The position numbers and the translations under genes are program-made. A DNA stretch of 63,161 nt, the filler included, from Pseudovirgaria hyperparasitica (taxonomy: Eukaryota), in assembly GCA_010093815.1 (NCBI GenBank). It is 4 parts of 4 records of this genome, joined end to end, with 100 filler letters (N's around TTAATTAATTAA, not from the genome) between each part and the next. Parts side by side here need not be neighbours in the genome. Positions count along the whole stretch, not along the records: positions 1 to 25,963 come from ML996612.1; 3 more parts are not named here. One strand, written 5' to 3'. Under the pieces are notes generated by a model. It was not told the origin of the DNA. It was given only the letters and a program-made list of their open reading frames with translations, and did not search any database. Each line of letters starts with the position of its first letter. Within the stretch, counting starts at the first letter, position 1. Shown here piece by piece: positions 1 through 12,505 of the stretch.

Positions 1-1009
1 GGCCGGCATTCTCTCATCCGCTCTTTCTCTAATAGGAGCATTTCTTGTTCCCATTTCCGTATCGTATTTCCCACGGTGGATACCCCTTTTGACAAGTCTT
101 TCAGCCGCGTTCGGTGCCTTGTTTGAGGTGCGTTACTCTCGCGACTAGCGTCCAATACTGACTTTTTGGCCGCCAGAGCCTTGCTACGTACTCAATGATG
201 CCGTACCTGTCTTGGGAGTATGCCACAGCACTATGTCTCCCATCTAGTCTCGCAATACTATCAACCATAATCATATTGTAAGTCTGAGCCCTATTCTACG
301 ACTTACCACTGAGATGATATTAAGCTCTTTTGTGTTTGATGACATAGCTCCAGCGGAGACCATGTGCATCACCCACTTCTTCTTGCTGTTAGGCGAGATC
401 ACATTGATGATATTTTAGTACCGAGCACGCGGACAGGGCCAACAGAGTAGCAGAGAGGGACTAGGAGAAAGAAGGCCAACACATAAGGAATCCAAAGGAA
501 ATGATTTCATAATTCGAAGTATCATTCGTCACGGGATTTTAGCTGTCCTTATTGTCGCCATGATACCAGCCAGTGTGTGTACCAATAAGGTAAGTCTGTC
601 GCACGGCTATCAAACGTTGCTGATGTTCCAGGGGATACCGTACTCACTATCTCTCACCATCTTGCTGGCTTTGTATAAAACGAACACCTTGTTTATGACG
701 TTACCTCCAGCAATTCAGATGATCGTTGCGTTAATTAATGCCACACGGAACAAGACGCACGGTGGTCGAAAGGCCAACCAAGAGCATTCGAATCTCGGTT
801 CTGAGGAAAAATCTCTGGATTCTTTCGACGGAATAAACGACCGTCGGATGAGCGGAATGAGCTTCATGTGCAGAGGCACATTTCTCACTTCGTCCATCCC
901 TCCTCCAACTCAATGCACAAGTCATGACTAATACCTTACTCTCTCCGAAGTCATCTTTAGGCGCCTGCCGTGGAGGGTAATCCAGTAGCAATGCTGCCAC
1001 TACACAGAG

Positions 1010-1265
1010 ACACGATCCTATTTTCTTATATCTCTTTTCTAAACCTCTAATATATAATGGAGATTAGTATCAGATTATAGCTATAGACGCTTTCTATCTT
1101 TCCAACTTATTATTTTTTAGAAGAATTAATGAATAGAGCTATAAGCAGAGACTTAGAGAAGGTAGTATATAATATACCTAGCTAGACCCGTGATAGATTA
1201 TGCACTATAAATTTCGAGACCTTTTTACGGACTGTTTTCGAGGCTATACATCACTATTATTAGGC
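1010..1265. repeat. AT-rich, TpA-enriched RIP-like relic of unknown origin
   Basis: Abrupt shift to TA-rich, CA/TG-poor sequence relative to the flanks. Confidence 0.45.
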
Positions 1266-1364
1266 TTATGCCTCCTCTACCATTGTCGTTCTCGAATCTG
1301 GGTCCTACATGGCAAGGAGCTAGCTGCGCCTCGAAGGATAATTTCGTTACAGACCGGAAAGCAC

Positions 1365-2250
1365 CTGTCGGTTGGCCCTGCATGATTCAGACAGATTAAG
1401 TACGAGCAGTGCGACCCAGGTGGAATCTGTCGCCGTTGCGTGAATCGATCACAAAATCCAGGTGATGATTGGAAACTAGGCTGCTGTCGCGATACACTTC
1501 CTGATCTTATGATTTTTCTCCTACCAAGTATGTTCCGAACATGAGTATTGAACAGTGCTAACAGATTATAGCCTGGATTTCCGACCTCCACAGCAAAAAG
1601 ACGTTAATCGAACTGTGCGAAGCGAATGTCCATGATTGGGGAAAGTCTATGATCAAGATCCAATTGACGCCAGGATGGGGCTTGCCCTGGCTTGAAGTTG
1701 ACGTCTATGAATTCAAGCCGAGTAATCCTGAATTGTTACGGCAATTCCAACACCTCAAGGATGCAAAAACGGGCCAAAACATGCGTGTAGGAAAGGCTTC
1801 GCCTCCACTTGGGCTACAGAACATTGATTATATCGAGGATGAGACCAAATATGACACTCACGTCAAACAGATCGCTGCTCATTTCATGCCCATCTTTGTC
1901 GGACGTTACTATGCGGGTGAAAAGGAAGAAATTACTGACGGAAGTTTACTACCTCATCATCACCACCTATATTGTTGCACACACTTTGACCATACCTGAA
2001 GAACACAAAATTGTCCTCTCAAAGCTATCAAACTATAGACCAGATCGCTACGGCGACAAGACTTCGCCGCGTCTGGTGAACCGACAAATCAAATGTCAGA
2101 ATAGAGACCTATATACAAGGCAACGAAGAAGTTGGCCGAGCAATCCTCGACCACAGTGTATTATGTAAGCAAGCTGATAACTGTATATCGGCGGATAAGA
2201 CTTCAGGGTTGAATTGAGGCCTTGAAGCCTGAAATCATGTCTATATGATG
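1365..2250 (+). pseudogene. Zn(II)2Cys6-type transcription factor remnant
   Basis: Degenerate Cys cluster (WPCMIQ..*..CDPGGICRRC..KLGC), a probable intron near 1529-1572, then ORFs 1649-1999 and 1809-2168 in different frames. Stops and frameshifts are present. Confidence 0.55.
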
Positions 2251-2376
2251 CGAGAAAAGCAAGACGAAATTCACATTAGAAGAACCTCAAAAGCCCTAAT
2301 TATGGACCTTGACTCTAGAACGATCAAACCGCCCGAATTGATCCGGAAATTTTGAGAATTGCATGGAGTAGAGCCA

Positions 2377-3756
2377 CTAACCATTGTGCTTCTCATTGGG
2401 TTGTTCTTCTATTATTTCTTCCATCTCAAGAACCAATTCATCAGCGACGTCTGCCGCACCCCATTGTCGGAACCAGCCTTCTAGAACATTTTTGAATTCA
2501 AGAACCCAGGCATGCTGTGGTCCCCATTGATCAATGATCAATGATATTGCAGTGCGCAAGTTCTGCTCTGCTTCCAACTTGTTTCCCCGGTAGAAGTGGC
2601 TATAAGCAATAATTTTCAGGGATTCAATTCTTTCAACAGTCCTTTTGGCGTACACTTCATAGCTGTTAAGCAATGAAGAGACGTCTCTTGCTAGAATCTC
2701 TGCCTCGTCATGTCGACTTTGTCGGTTCAGATTATGCGCTAGATTGAGCATCACTCGTGGAGTGCAAAGTCCAGGTACGGCACTACTTCCGTGCAGTTCG
2801 TTGAATAGGCCACGAAGATGTCGTTCTTCTCCCAGATGATCCGTAAATCCATACACTCGCTTTATATAATCGAGACGAACAGATATAGAGAAGCGGTTGA
2901 GTATGCCGAGCTTATCATTCAGCACATCGCAGGAACATTTCCACATTACCGCCATAGCCTGGACAAGAGATTCTGAGTCGAGCTCAGCAAGAAGCCGACA
3001 TATTTGGCCCCAATGTGCTCCATGCGGGATGACCTTGGAAGCCATATCCTTGATGTAACGGCGCAAAGAAAGAGAAACCTCAAGGTTCGCTGTTTGTATC
3101 AGGTGGATAAGAACTTCAAGAAAGCAGGCCAAAGTTCGTGAATGCTCGTCCCTCAAGATTTCTTCAACTAGTGAAGATGCTTTGGATAGAGCCCGACCAA
3201 AATCAGTATAGCTCTTTTTCTTCGCAAAAATTGTGGCGGAATAGCAGAGGGAGTCGAAGTCGTTGCACCGATCATACCGTATTTCGGCGCCGCACGAATT
3301 GACGAGAGCCCCGTCTCCGTTGAAGGACATTTTCCTACAGGAATCTTGGAAATATACTCTGATTGTGCGGAGCAATTCCTCAGCGACCATGAGAGATTGC
3401 GGTGGAGATGGTGTATGTAACCCTCTAACGCAAGGTGGAAGGACATTTTTGATATTGTTCCAATCTGTAGCAAGAACGGAATGAGTCCCATTCAACAAGA
3501 GCATGGGTGATCTTGCTGTGGTACTATCCCGGCTGTCCGCGGAGGGCTCCGTTGGCGCGCCGCCAGTGTGGTCCGACTTCGGAGGGTCTTGCCTTCTTGC
3601 AGGCCATGTTATATGGTGAATATGATTTGTCACCCAAGATTCTTGCTCCATCGAATGACCATCATACAAGGGCACAGTAGAGCCAAGTGCAATACTTGGA
3701 AGCTCCGACGACGCAGTGGGATGACAGCATTTTTCATTCTGTGGGAATACATTCAC
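2377..3756 (-). CDS. Hypothetical protein with helical/TPR-like C-terminal region
   Basis: 459-aa open frame. The C-terminus (MLNLAHNLNRQSRHDEAEILAR; SLKIIAYSHFYRGNKLEAEQNLRTAI) has a TPR-like pattern. Confidence 0.65.
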   Translation of the reverse strand: MNVFPQNEKCCHPTASSELPSIALGSTVPLYDGHSMEQESWVTNHIHHITWPARRQDPPKSDHTGGAPTEPSADSRDSTTARSPMLLLNGTHSVLATDWNNIKNVLPPCVRGLHTPSPPQSLMVAEELLRTIRVYFQDSCRKMSFNGDGALVNSCGAEIRYDRCNDFDSLCYSATIFAKKKSYTDFGRALSKASSLVEEILRDEHSRTLACFLEVLIHLIQTANLEVSLSLRRYIKDMASKVIPHGAHWGQICRLLAELDSESLVQAMAVMWKCSCDVLNDKLGILNRFSISVRLDYIKRVYGFTDHLGEERHLRGLFNELHGSSAVPGLCTPRVMLNLAHNLNRQSRHDEAEILARDVSSLLNSYEVYAKRTVERIESLKIIAYSHFYRGNKLEAEQNLRTAISLIIDQWGPQHAWVLEFKNVLEGWFRQWGAADVADELVLEMEEIIEEQPNEKHNG

Positions 3757-3891
3757 GGCAGGGTTGGTATCGTAGGCATGTGCGCTGAAGGGACTAAGAG
3801 CGAGAGCCCGTGCGTCAGGGAGGTTGTGGCCATTATACGTAGCTTGAGGATCACCTACTGCTCTTCGTTTATGCTGAGCGCATCGAACACA

Positions 3892-6782
3892 TCAATACTT
3901 ACTTTCACTTGAATCTCGCCGGATCACAGAAATCGAACCAGGTTCTGCCTCTGGATAGCTGGTCTGCGTTGCAGATTCCGGGTTAGACTGGAGGCGCATG
4001 TTGTGTTGCTCCTTCTGCCTTGACCAGGGCCTATCGTCAGCCTGCAGTTGACACACCGCCGTGTCTTTGCCAGGTTCACCTTCCATACATATCATGGTAT
4101 CATGGATGCTTGAAGAGTTCAATTCAGACATAGCTGATGGGTCTCTGCCAATATGAACCGGTGAAACTGTATCGGAGTTTCCCTTCGTGTTAGGAACGGT
4201 GATTCGAGGCGACGCTGTCGCAGTGTTGGCGCGGCCATCACTTGTTCTCAGCTTTATCACACCGGCGCCCATATCGCTTCTGGTACCGGGATTTGGGTCG
4301 TGCGCAGATGCACCCTTGTGAGACGTCGTAGGTGATTGCGGAACAGATGAGCTTGAAGGGCTAAAGGAGCCCGTTCGACTTCTGCATTCGCTACTGATTT
4401 CAGAAGTGACTTTTCCCCCGTTCTCAGCCCGGAAAGTCGACGAGCTATCCTCGCCACCTTCTCTACCCACTCGGGCTGTCTGCCCTTCGTGGTGTTCAAT
4501 CACAGAGGGAGAAATCGACAGAGTATATCTCTGCCTTTGCCTGTCCGGCATCACCGTAGAGGGGCGTGGGCTCAACGTTTCATCATCCATAGAAGTGTGG
4601 TCGACCGAAATGCATGAGTCTGAGCCAACACTGGTGGCCTGGCCTGAATCTTGTAAAGACGGAATACAAATGTCGCGAGTCGGCGTCGTGAGGGCTGGTG
4701 GTGACCAGAAGCTGCCATTTGCAATTGTTTTCTGTCGCTTTGCTCCTCGTGAACATGCCTCAATAATCCAGGGCGGTTTTCTATGTTTCTTGGCCAAGCT
4801 GACATCTGGTGATCGACCTGCTGGAGAAAGCATTGCCGGAGCTGCACGTGTCGTTGCCGCGTCGTCTGCAGCTGACCTATTGGGCAGCCTCGTTGCAGTA
4901 CAAGATTGCATAACATGATCGGCCATTCCTTGCCCAGCAGCGTCAGAGCCGATCTCAAGATCGGAAGCAGTAAATTGCTCACCCGAACTCGAGGGACTCG
5001 CTGTGCTCAAAGAATGGTCACCAGTGTCAGATTTCCCATAGATTATGAAGGAGCTTCGACCATTGCCTTGTTCTATGGGTGTGAGTTGAGGTCTCGGACG
5101 CTCTCCTGCTGAATTTTGGCGATAGGCACCTTCGCCTTGGTCCTGGTACCTACTTGTCCCTATCGTTTGATCACCCCGAGAATCTTCATTCTCGAGAAGG
5201 CAAGCATTCAAGTCGATGCTGGCGGTATCGTCCATGGGTCTGTCCAGTTGGCTTGGTCTTGATGAAACTTCAGGGGCTGACACTTCAGGGGCTGACACTT
5301 CAGTGGTATTGTAGTAAGTTTGATGGCACTGTTTTGCAAGCTCGCGATCCGCCGGCGATACACCCATCAATTCGCTTCCAAAGCTGGGCATCAATGACGC
5401 TTCAAGGCCATGAGCGATGCTGCAAGGACTCTGGGCCACCGGATCTTCTGTTGAGATCGCGGAAGCGGCATCTTCAAGTTCTATTAGGGGCGTATGATCT
5501 TGAACATCATGAGCCTGTCTATTCTCTGAGCTATTAAGGATAACATCCACGTCTTGATCAAGTCCCAGCTCGTAGTAATCCGAGTAGTGGCTGCCGAGGC
5601 CAGGTATCATAGGGAAGAACTTTTTGAGAGTTGCTACAGCAACTTTGTCGAGATCTTTCCATTCTTGATGATACTTGCGAACGTATTCTTGAAAAAGAAA
5701 CGAAGTTACACCGGTCAGTTTGCGAATACTGCGATTGATCAGTACCATCTATGCAAAATAGAGCGGACATAGCCTTACTATGAGTCAATTTTGAGGTCAC
5801 CAAGTACTATCCACATGCCTGGTGGCATGGACAATAATTTCACACCAGATTGATACATCTGTAGCATTTGGGCACGATCTTCCTTCGGTGCTTCAATCCT
5901 TGAGGCGATAGCTTGAATAGCGTCCGTGATTGGAGAAAATGCCCGTCGATTCTCCACAGTTGCAACGCAAAGGAATGCGAGTGCCACCTGGAAGAAGCGA
6001 CGTCCTGTGTTAAATCGCTGTTCAAGTTGCTTGTACTGTTGCCATATTTGCTTCAGAGAATTTATTGGTAAGCTCGGCGGGGCCAATTGGTGAATTTGCT
6101 GTGGGGGAATCGCATTTATGAGCTTAGCCAGATTATGCTTTGCGGTATCTGATAGCATTAGCTTTGGCATGGTCTTCGCATGATCATCTGCTAGCAGCTG
6201 GAGTTTGTCGCTGACATCACTACAGAACTTTTTTGGACGTCCCGGCTTCGTGGAGGAAGCGAAGCGAGGTTGGCGTGCTGTGCTAGCATTACGAACTTCT
6301 CTAGCATCGCAATGATCAAACTCGACATCATCCTGAAGCTCGGCATTCCGATCAGACCGCTTTTTATGGCGTAGCTCGCTATGGGATCTTCTGCTGCGAG
6401 TAGCAGCATCGTGAACTGGACTTGTCTCATTGGGTGAGTTACGAGTAGCCCGCTGTTGATGATAATTGTGGCCGATCAATGATTCGCTGGTGATGGTGCC
6501 ACCCTGGTCCTGTCCGCCGGGTGGGATCTGCTCCACCTCCTCTCCCTGATTATCCAAGCCGTCATTAGGTTTAATCCGACTATTACTTGAAATCTGGCAA
6601 CGAGACTCGGCGACGCTATTACTCGCTGAGTCGGCACGCTGAACATCAGTGCTGTCAGCCTGAGAAGATTGACAAGTCTCTGTGTTGAGCTCTGAGGCTA
6701 GAATTTGCAATGCTTGAAGTACGTCCACTGTGGTTGAAGATTGCTCGAGTCGATCAGCGGTACGATAGAATGGCTTTTGCAA
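3892..6782 (-). CDS. Large, mostly low-complexity hypothetical protein (two ORFs joined by an intron; 5' end uncertain)
   Basis: A 50-nt GTAAGG...TACTGAT...CGCAG intron at 5729-5778 joins the 334-aa and 618-aa ORFs in frame (KIDS-Y-IRKL). A further acceptor with an ACTAAC branch site near 6786-6802 implies an upstream exon. Confidence 0.6.
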
Positions 6783-7168
6783 GGGCTGTCAAAAGCGTTA
6801 GTGTTGCGTAAACTCGGAGTAAAGCAACGGCTACCGAAGCGACCAGATCCAGGCATTTCGCAACGCAGCAGAATGCTGATCGCACAGATGAGGGTTCGAA
6901 ATCGAGATGTGCTTCCGCGGCAGAAACCATTGCTCCGGCCTACACATGGCCGAAAGTAGATGATGGGAAAGTGCTTTTGATCAGTGCCCGGAGTAGAAGC
7001 ACTCTTTATTAGAAAAAAGTCGTCTGCATCCGAGAATTTACCGAGAGCTATGGCCAGTGTCCAGCGCTTATCATGTGAGCTTTGACCTCTAACACTTGAC
7101 GCCCCGCGACGCCGCAAGCACGCGATGAGCAGATCACCTATTAGGCGCAAAGCTGAACAGCGATCCAA

Positions 7169-8648
7169 CAGGGGGTACCAAAACTCACCGATCACCGATG
7201 TGTCTCCGCGCACAGGCCGCATCACCAGAATGTACTCAAAAAACGTCAATTTATTAATAGATTAGCAGCCATGGCTACGAATGCGCCCTCCACTATATTT
7301 TACTAGGTACTAACATCGTCTTAGTAAGTCAGAGATCCGGGTACGAATTTCCTCGAGTGTAATACCGTTCCAGACATCTAAAATATGCTACTTTAGCTCC
7401 TCATCATTCTGCCATGTCCTTTTCCTTAACCTCTGCTTTAATATAGCCTAATAGACTTCTATAGGATTTAGATTAGGACTCTACGCGTAGTGGTAATCGA
7501 CTTATATTCTCTCTTTAAGCCTAGCCTCCATAGCTAGGTTAGTTTTCCCTATCTTACTACCTTTTCTAGGCTTCCCATACGAAGGATCTCTATCTTTAAC
7601 TAGCTAAAAGGTATAAGAGTACTAGGCCTTAAGGGCCTTTACCTACTTTATATAAATAGGTAGTATCTTCGAAATATAGTACTCTATTATTATTCTATTA
7701 CCCTTTGGCTTATAGATAACCTTATGCTCGTGTTAATTCTACTAGGATAGGACTCTAGCCTTATATTAAACCTAAGTCTCATTCTTACGGCGTCGTGGTT
7801 TACCTGATTTTCAAGGCCTCCTTACTTTAACTTACTTATTATTATAGAAGATGAGGTCTTCTTTATGGAACCAGGAGACGTGGCTTATAACGTAGTATTT
7901 CTAGCCTTGTCTATTAGGCTTATACTAAAGATCTTAAGGCTCCTTAGCTATCCCTTGCTCACGTAATATCCACCTAGTTTAGTACTCTATAGGGTCTATA
8001 TAAGCCTCATCTATATAGACCCTATATTTAAATGGCTTAAGACCCTAATCCTAACGCTTTTCACCCCATATACGTCTCTCTTTAAGGTTATATTTTAAAA
8101 TAGGCTTTATCCATCTCTATTTATAGCGCCTTACTACGATTAAATAACGTAGGAGGGAACGCCGAAGTGTATTATTCAAGACTTAAATATTATATTTCTC
8201 CTTCTACACGTTGTAACTCTGGTTTTGATAGGGATTCCGCAATAGGGATAAGAGGAGATTAATTATAGTCTTATTAATCTTTTAGGGTCTTCCTAATCTC
8301 TTTAACTATTTCCTAAGCCGGCAAGTAGATGGTGAACCGTGTAATTTGCGTTGAGAGAGCTAATTATAGGCTATTAAATATGGGTACTCATATACACGTG
8401 AGAAGGCTCTAAGGGTGTTTTTTAAGGGTATACGCTCATCCCAGAGGGTGTAAAAGCGTGCCTTTTAAGGAGTATTAGCCTTACAACGATGAGGCTGTCT
8501 TTCCTCCATAGTACTTAGCTATAGATAAGGTTAAGAAATGGTATTATAGTTGAAAATAGGGGGAATATTGAGTATATTTTAATAGATAGCCTATATAGCA
8601 CTAGCGCGCGGAGACACATCGGTGATCGGTGAGTTTTGGTACCCCCTG
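7169..8648 (-). mobile_element. RIP-inactivated Tc1/mariner (IS630-like DDE) DNA transposon
   Basis: Perfect TIRs of about 43 bp (CAGGGGGTACCAAAACTCACCGATCACCGATGTGTCTCCGCGC) enclose a TA-rich interior. The minus strand near 7430-7490 reads A*SPNLNPIEVY*AILKQR, the RIP-degraded SPDLNPIE..W..LK motif. Confidence 0.88.
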
Positions 8649-9374
8649 TTGATTGGTTCGCATGCGTTGCGGGTAAATTCTTCTTTTCAATTCAAATTTG
8701 AACCTGAAGTTCCCTTATAACGGAACAGCAACTGGTGAAGCAAGTATGAACATTTGAACATATTCAATCCCTGACTGTCCGCGGGAGCCTGGTGTATTAG
8801 GGGTTTGTGGCTTTTTTTGCCAAGGGTTGTCAGGTTCCATGCGCTGCTTGTGCCACATTGGTGCAGATGTTGTACCGCGCATGAGATCGACAGGCGAAGC
8901 CAAGCTTATTGATGTTGCAACATCTTCATGCTAGCACTCCTCATGCCACTTCAAAGGTGCCAATCACTTGCCTCTGGTTCCACCCTGGAGATCCAATACG
9001 GTCAGCATGATACATGAGCCAAATGTATCATAATTGGTTTTGCCAATGTCTGCGTCGACAGAATCTAAACTCTGCTCATGCTTAACCTTGCGGATCGGGC
9101 GGCTGTGAATGTCCCATTGACCGCGAGGATGTTCTGGCTCAGCTATAGCACCAAGCGCACTATCAGGTATCAAATGACAGAACTCAGCCTTAGTCGCTCC
9201 GCCCGGGCAATCTCCCATCACCAATAGTACGCGTTCTGCGAGCGGATGTTCTTGAACGAGCATCGTCCTTGCGCTAGTGTTGTGGTATCTTAAGTCTATG
9301 GTCCAGCGATTCGCGCTGGTTTTAGGTTTGACAGTACTACGACTTGATCCTTATTGCATGCAATAATAGAGGCT

Positions 9375-9660
9375 TCAATTGGATTCTGCCTTTCCTAGCT
9401 TAGCCATATATCTCTCCACGCCTTCTACTGCATCTTGTGGTGAGCGCATGTACTCTTGGAATAGAGACAACACCTCTGCTAGAGAGAAACGATTCTGCGG
9501 GAGTTTCTCGGCGAAAGCCGTAGCTAAGGTATCGATCTTGTATGAGTAATCTTCCATTGTTCCTGCCGAGTCGCAGTCGTTGTCGTCATACACCCGCTTG
9601 TAGAAGTTGTAGAAGAGCTCATAGTTCATTTCTGAGGTCGTGCGACCAAGCTCGATCCGG
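9375..9660 (-). pseudogene. C-terminal remnant of a BCS1-like AAA ATPase
   Basis: IELGRTTSEMNYELFYNFY...LATAFAEKLPQNRFSLAEV..QEYMRSPQDAV resembles the BCS1 C-terminal lid. No ATPase core is present upstream, where a MITE abuts. Confidence 0.55.
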
Positions 9661-9689
9661 ATAGTTGCATAAGAAAGCTTGGCACGATA

Positions 9690-10081
9690 CACGCATGTCT
9701 CGCGCGCACACGAACCATAGTATTAACGATATTTTTATCTACTACCGCTATACTATACCCCTATAACTATAATTACTACTATATATTAGATAAATATAAC
9801 CTTAGAAATATATATATATACTCTTTTTATTACTTTAGAGTACTTTAAAATATAAGAGTATATAATTAGTTAGAGATTCTTAGAATCTACTCTCTTTACT
9901 CTTTTTCTATAGTTTTAGAGATATTATAGCTAATATAAAGAAATAAAAAGAGTATAGATATACTCTTAAGACTATATTTAACTAATTTATAGTAGTAAAT
10001 ATAGTTATAGAGGTATAGTACGGTGGTAGTAGGTAAAAATATCGTTAATACTATGGTTCGTGTGCGCGCGAGACATGCGTG
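9690..10081. mobile_element. MITE (Tc1/mariner-type), 392 bp
   Basis: TIRs of about 80 bp begin CACGCATGTCTCGCGCGCACACGAACC, with the first ~48 bp perfect. TA flanks both ends and the interior is very AT-rich and RIP-like. Confidence 0.85.
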
Positions 10082-10806
10082 TATCAACTGCCAAGCTTTC
10101 TCATGTAACTATGGATAAACGGATTACCTATCAGTGAAGCTGCCCCGATCAATAAACTAACCGTCGGCTTTAAGAATGGGCTGCATGATTAGCGCGATGT
10201 GACAGAAATGGCCGAATTGCGTAATTTGCTCTCTTTGTGTTACCTGTACAAGGGTTTGCCAACTTCAGGTCGACATTTGACCTCCAGAATAACCTTATTT
10301 TTACGCATTAAGACGGCGTCCGGCTATACTAAATCCATGGTTTCTCTTAGAATTACCGAAGTTCTGCCGAAATTGAATAGATTCGAGTTTCCTGACGGGC
10401 GAAAAATAATTAGGGGGTTTTTGAAACCTCAGCTGGAGGTCAAAATTTGACCTTTTTTACCGACGGTTGCCCGTTTTCCGCCGAGTATTTGAAATTAGAT
10501 CTCACCGTCAGCTTAAAACCCGAGCAGATGACCAGGGTATATAAGACGGCGTGGAGCTAAAGGAATGTGGCTTCGGGATGGCTGAACTTTACCTCATATA
10601 GTATGGTTGGACGTCAAAATCGACATTTTTCGACGTTTTTCGACGTGCAACTTTTTTACGCTCGTCGACGACGTCCAGTTCGCGAGAACTTCGGCTAATC
10701 GACGTTTTTGACCCCGTCTCGTGACATATGCTGCTTACGTAAAAATATACTTTTTGTTTCTTAGCAGATTTGAACGATTTGGAGTATTTTGAGGTGATGT
10801 TCAATA

Positions 10807-12062
10807 ATGGACGACGAGTCTACCTTTACCCTTGTCCTTGCCCAACAGTATTGCCTATTCGGGCTATTTGTAGAGGCTGCCGTTGAGGCTATCGATATAG
10901 ATGACCGAGGTGGCGTACGGAGGTGTGATTCGACGGCGTTGGTGCCACAGATTCTGGATGAGATCCGTTCTGGGAACAAGGAGGCGAAGATGAGAGGTCT
11001 AATTGGCGTTCGAATGGATACCTTTGATGAGTTATTACAGACTCTGAAGGGGTATGGGCTTAAAGACGGGTGGAAGGTTTCTGCCGACGAAAAACTCTTC
11101 ATTTACTTACATATCTGTCGAACTGGGCTCTCTCTCAGTAAAGCTCGATGGATCTTAGGAAGAGATACCTGTACCTTGAGCTCGTAAGTCGCTCAGGTAT
11201 TACCTATTACCTCATTACTAAAAGTCATGATAGGATATTCAATCAGGTGACTCACTCTTTATGTAAACTTCATAAGGATATTGTGAAGCTTCCTGAAGAT
11301 ACCGTCGATATCCATCCTAGTATAGCTACAAATCCGAAGCTACAGCCGTTCAAGGATGCTGTTGGCGCGATTGATGGTACTCATATACCTATATCTGTAC
11401 CTGAAGAGCAGCAGTTAGCTTGGTGGAATCGGAAGCACTTCATCTCGCAGAACGTACTTGCCGTAGTCGACTTCGACCTCAACTTCATGTTTGTATATCC
11501 TGGTTGGGAGGGCTCAGCTCACGATCTTCGCGTCTTTGATAAGGCGATTGAGGATGGGTTGACGTGTCCACGAGGGAAATACTACCTTGCTGATGCTGGG
11601 TATACAAACCGTCAACATACCATGCTACTCACGCCATATTATAAGACGAGATACCATCTACGAGAGGTAATAGCTGCTGGACAGAAGCCGGAGACGAAGG
11701 AAGAACTCTTTAACCTTCGTCACTCACAGCTCCGTAATTGTATTGAGCGAGTATTCGGTGTGCTTAAAGCACGCTTTGAGATTCTATTAACGCCTAGGCC
11801 AAATAGGAGTATTGAGATGCAGACAGACCTTATATTTGCTCTTACTGCCCTCCATAACTTCATGAATGTTCGCCGAGATGACACTCCGGGTATGAATTCG
11901 CAGGTAGTCGACGAGGAACCAGATAATTTACAACCGCTGTTACTCCGTGATGCGCTGGAGCAGAATAGCGATAGAGATCGTATTGCAGAGTCGTGTTGGA
12001 GGCAATACCAGGCATATATAGAAGCAGAAAATGAGGATATAGAGGATGAGGTTGTATACTAG
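10807..12062 (+). CDS. PIF/Harbinger (HARBI1-like, DDE_Tnp_4) transposase, ~401 aa, 2 exons
   Basis: Motifs GAIDGTHIPI, YPGWEGSAHD, YYLADAGY and RNCIERVFGVLKARF. A 50-nt intron at 11184-11233 joins the two ORFs in frame (TLSSIFNQV). Confidence 0.93.
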
Positions 12063-12099
12063 AATTATTCAATATTCAATATTCACGTAGTATAGTGGG

Positions 12100-12362
12100 G
12101 CATAGTATCTAGGGCATAGTATATGCGGATATCTTGCGTAAAGATGTAATAATTAGAGGTATAGTAGTTGCCAAGCACGCAGCGACTTTTACCACCGGGC
12201 TCTCTCCGGGCTAGGTTTTACTACGAAATATTAGTCTTTTACGTGGCTAAGCCTGGCCCGGGGAGAACCCGAGGGTAAAGTCGCTGCGCAACACTACACC
12301 TCTATCGTTATATATATACGCAAATACAACGCAGTTTCGACGCGAATATCCATATACTATGA
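12100..12362. repeat. Long imperfect inverted repeat between the convergent PIF genes
   Basis: GCAGCGACTTTTACC..CGGGCTCTCTCCGGGCTAGG pairs with CCTGGCCCGGGGAGAACCCG..GGTAAAGTCGCTGC. Outer arms TAGAGGTATAGT/ACTACACCTCTA and TAGTATATG/CATATACTA also pair. Confidence 0.75.
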
Positions 12363-12505
12363 CGTATATAATATAGAATAGGTACTAGCGTCTCCTAATT
12401 TAGAAGTGAACAGAGCTTAGTAATAGTAGATACTACGTCACTACTACTATTACGGATTCTCAACTCTATTAACGTATACTCAACTTCATATACTTTCTAT
12501 CACGA

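Noticed and set aside
5267..5303. 15-bp tandem repeat
   Set aside because: An ordinary in-frame coding repeat (EVSAP) in a low-complexity region.
6698..7249. 183-aa ORF
   Set aside because: It starts at a non-ATG codon inside the Tc1 element and runs through its TIR, with no recognisable domain.
9896..10087. Hydrophobic 63-aa ORF
   Set aside because: It is an artefact of the AT-rich MITE interior.
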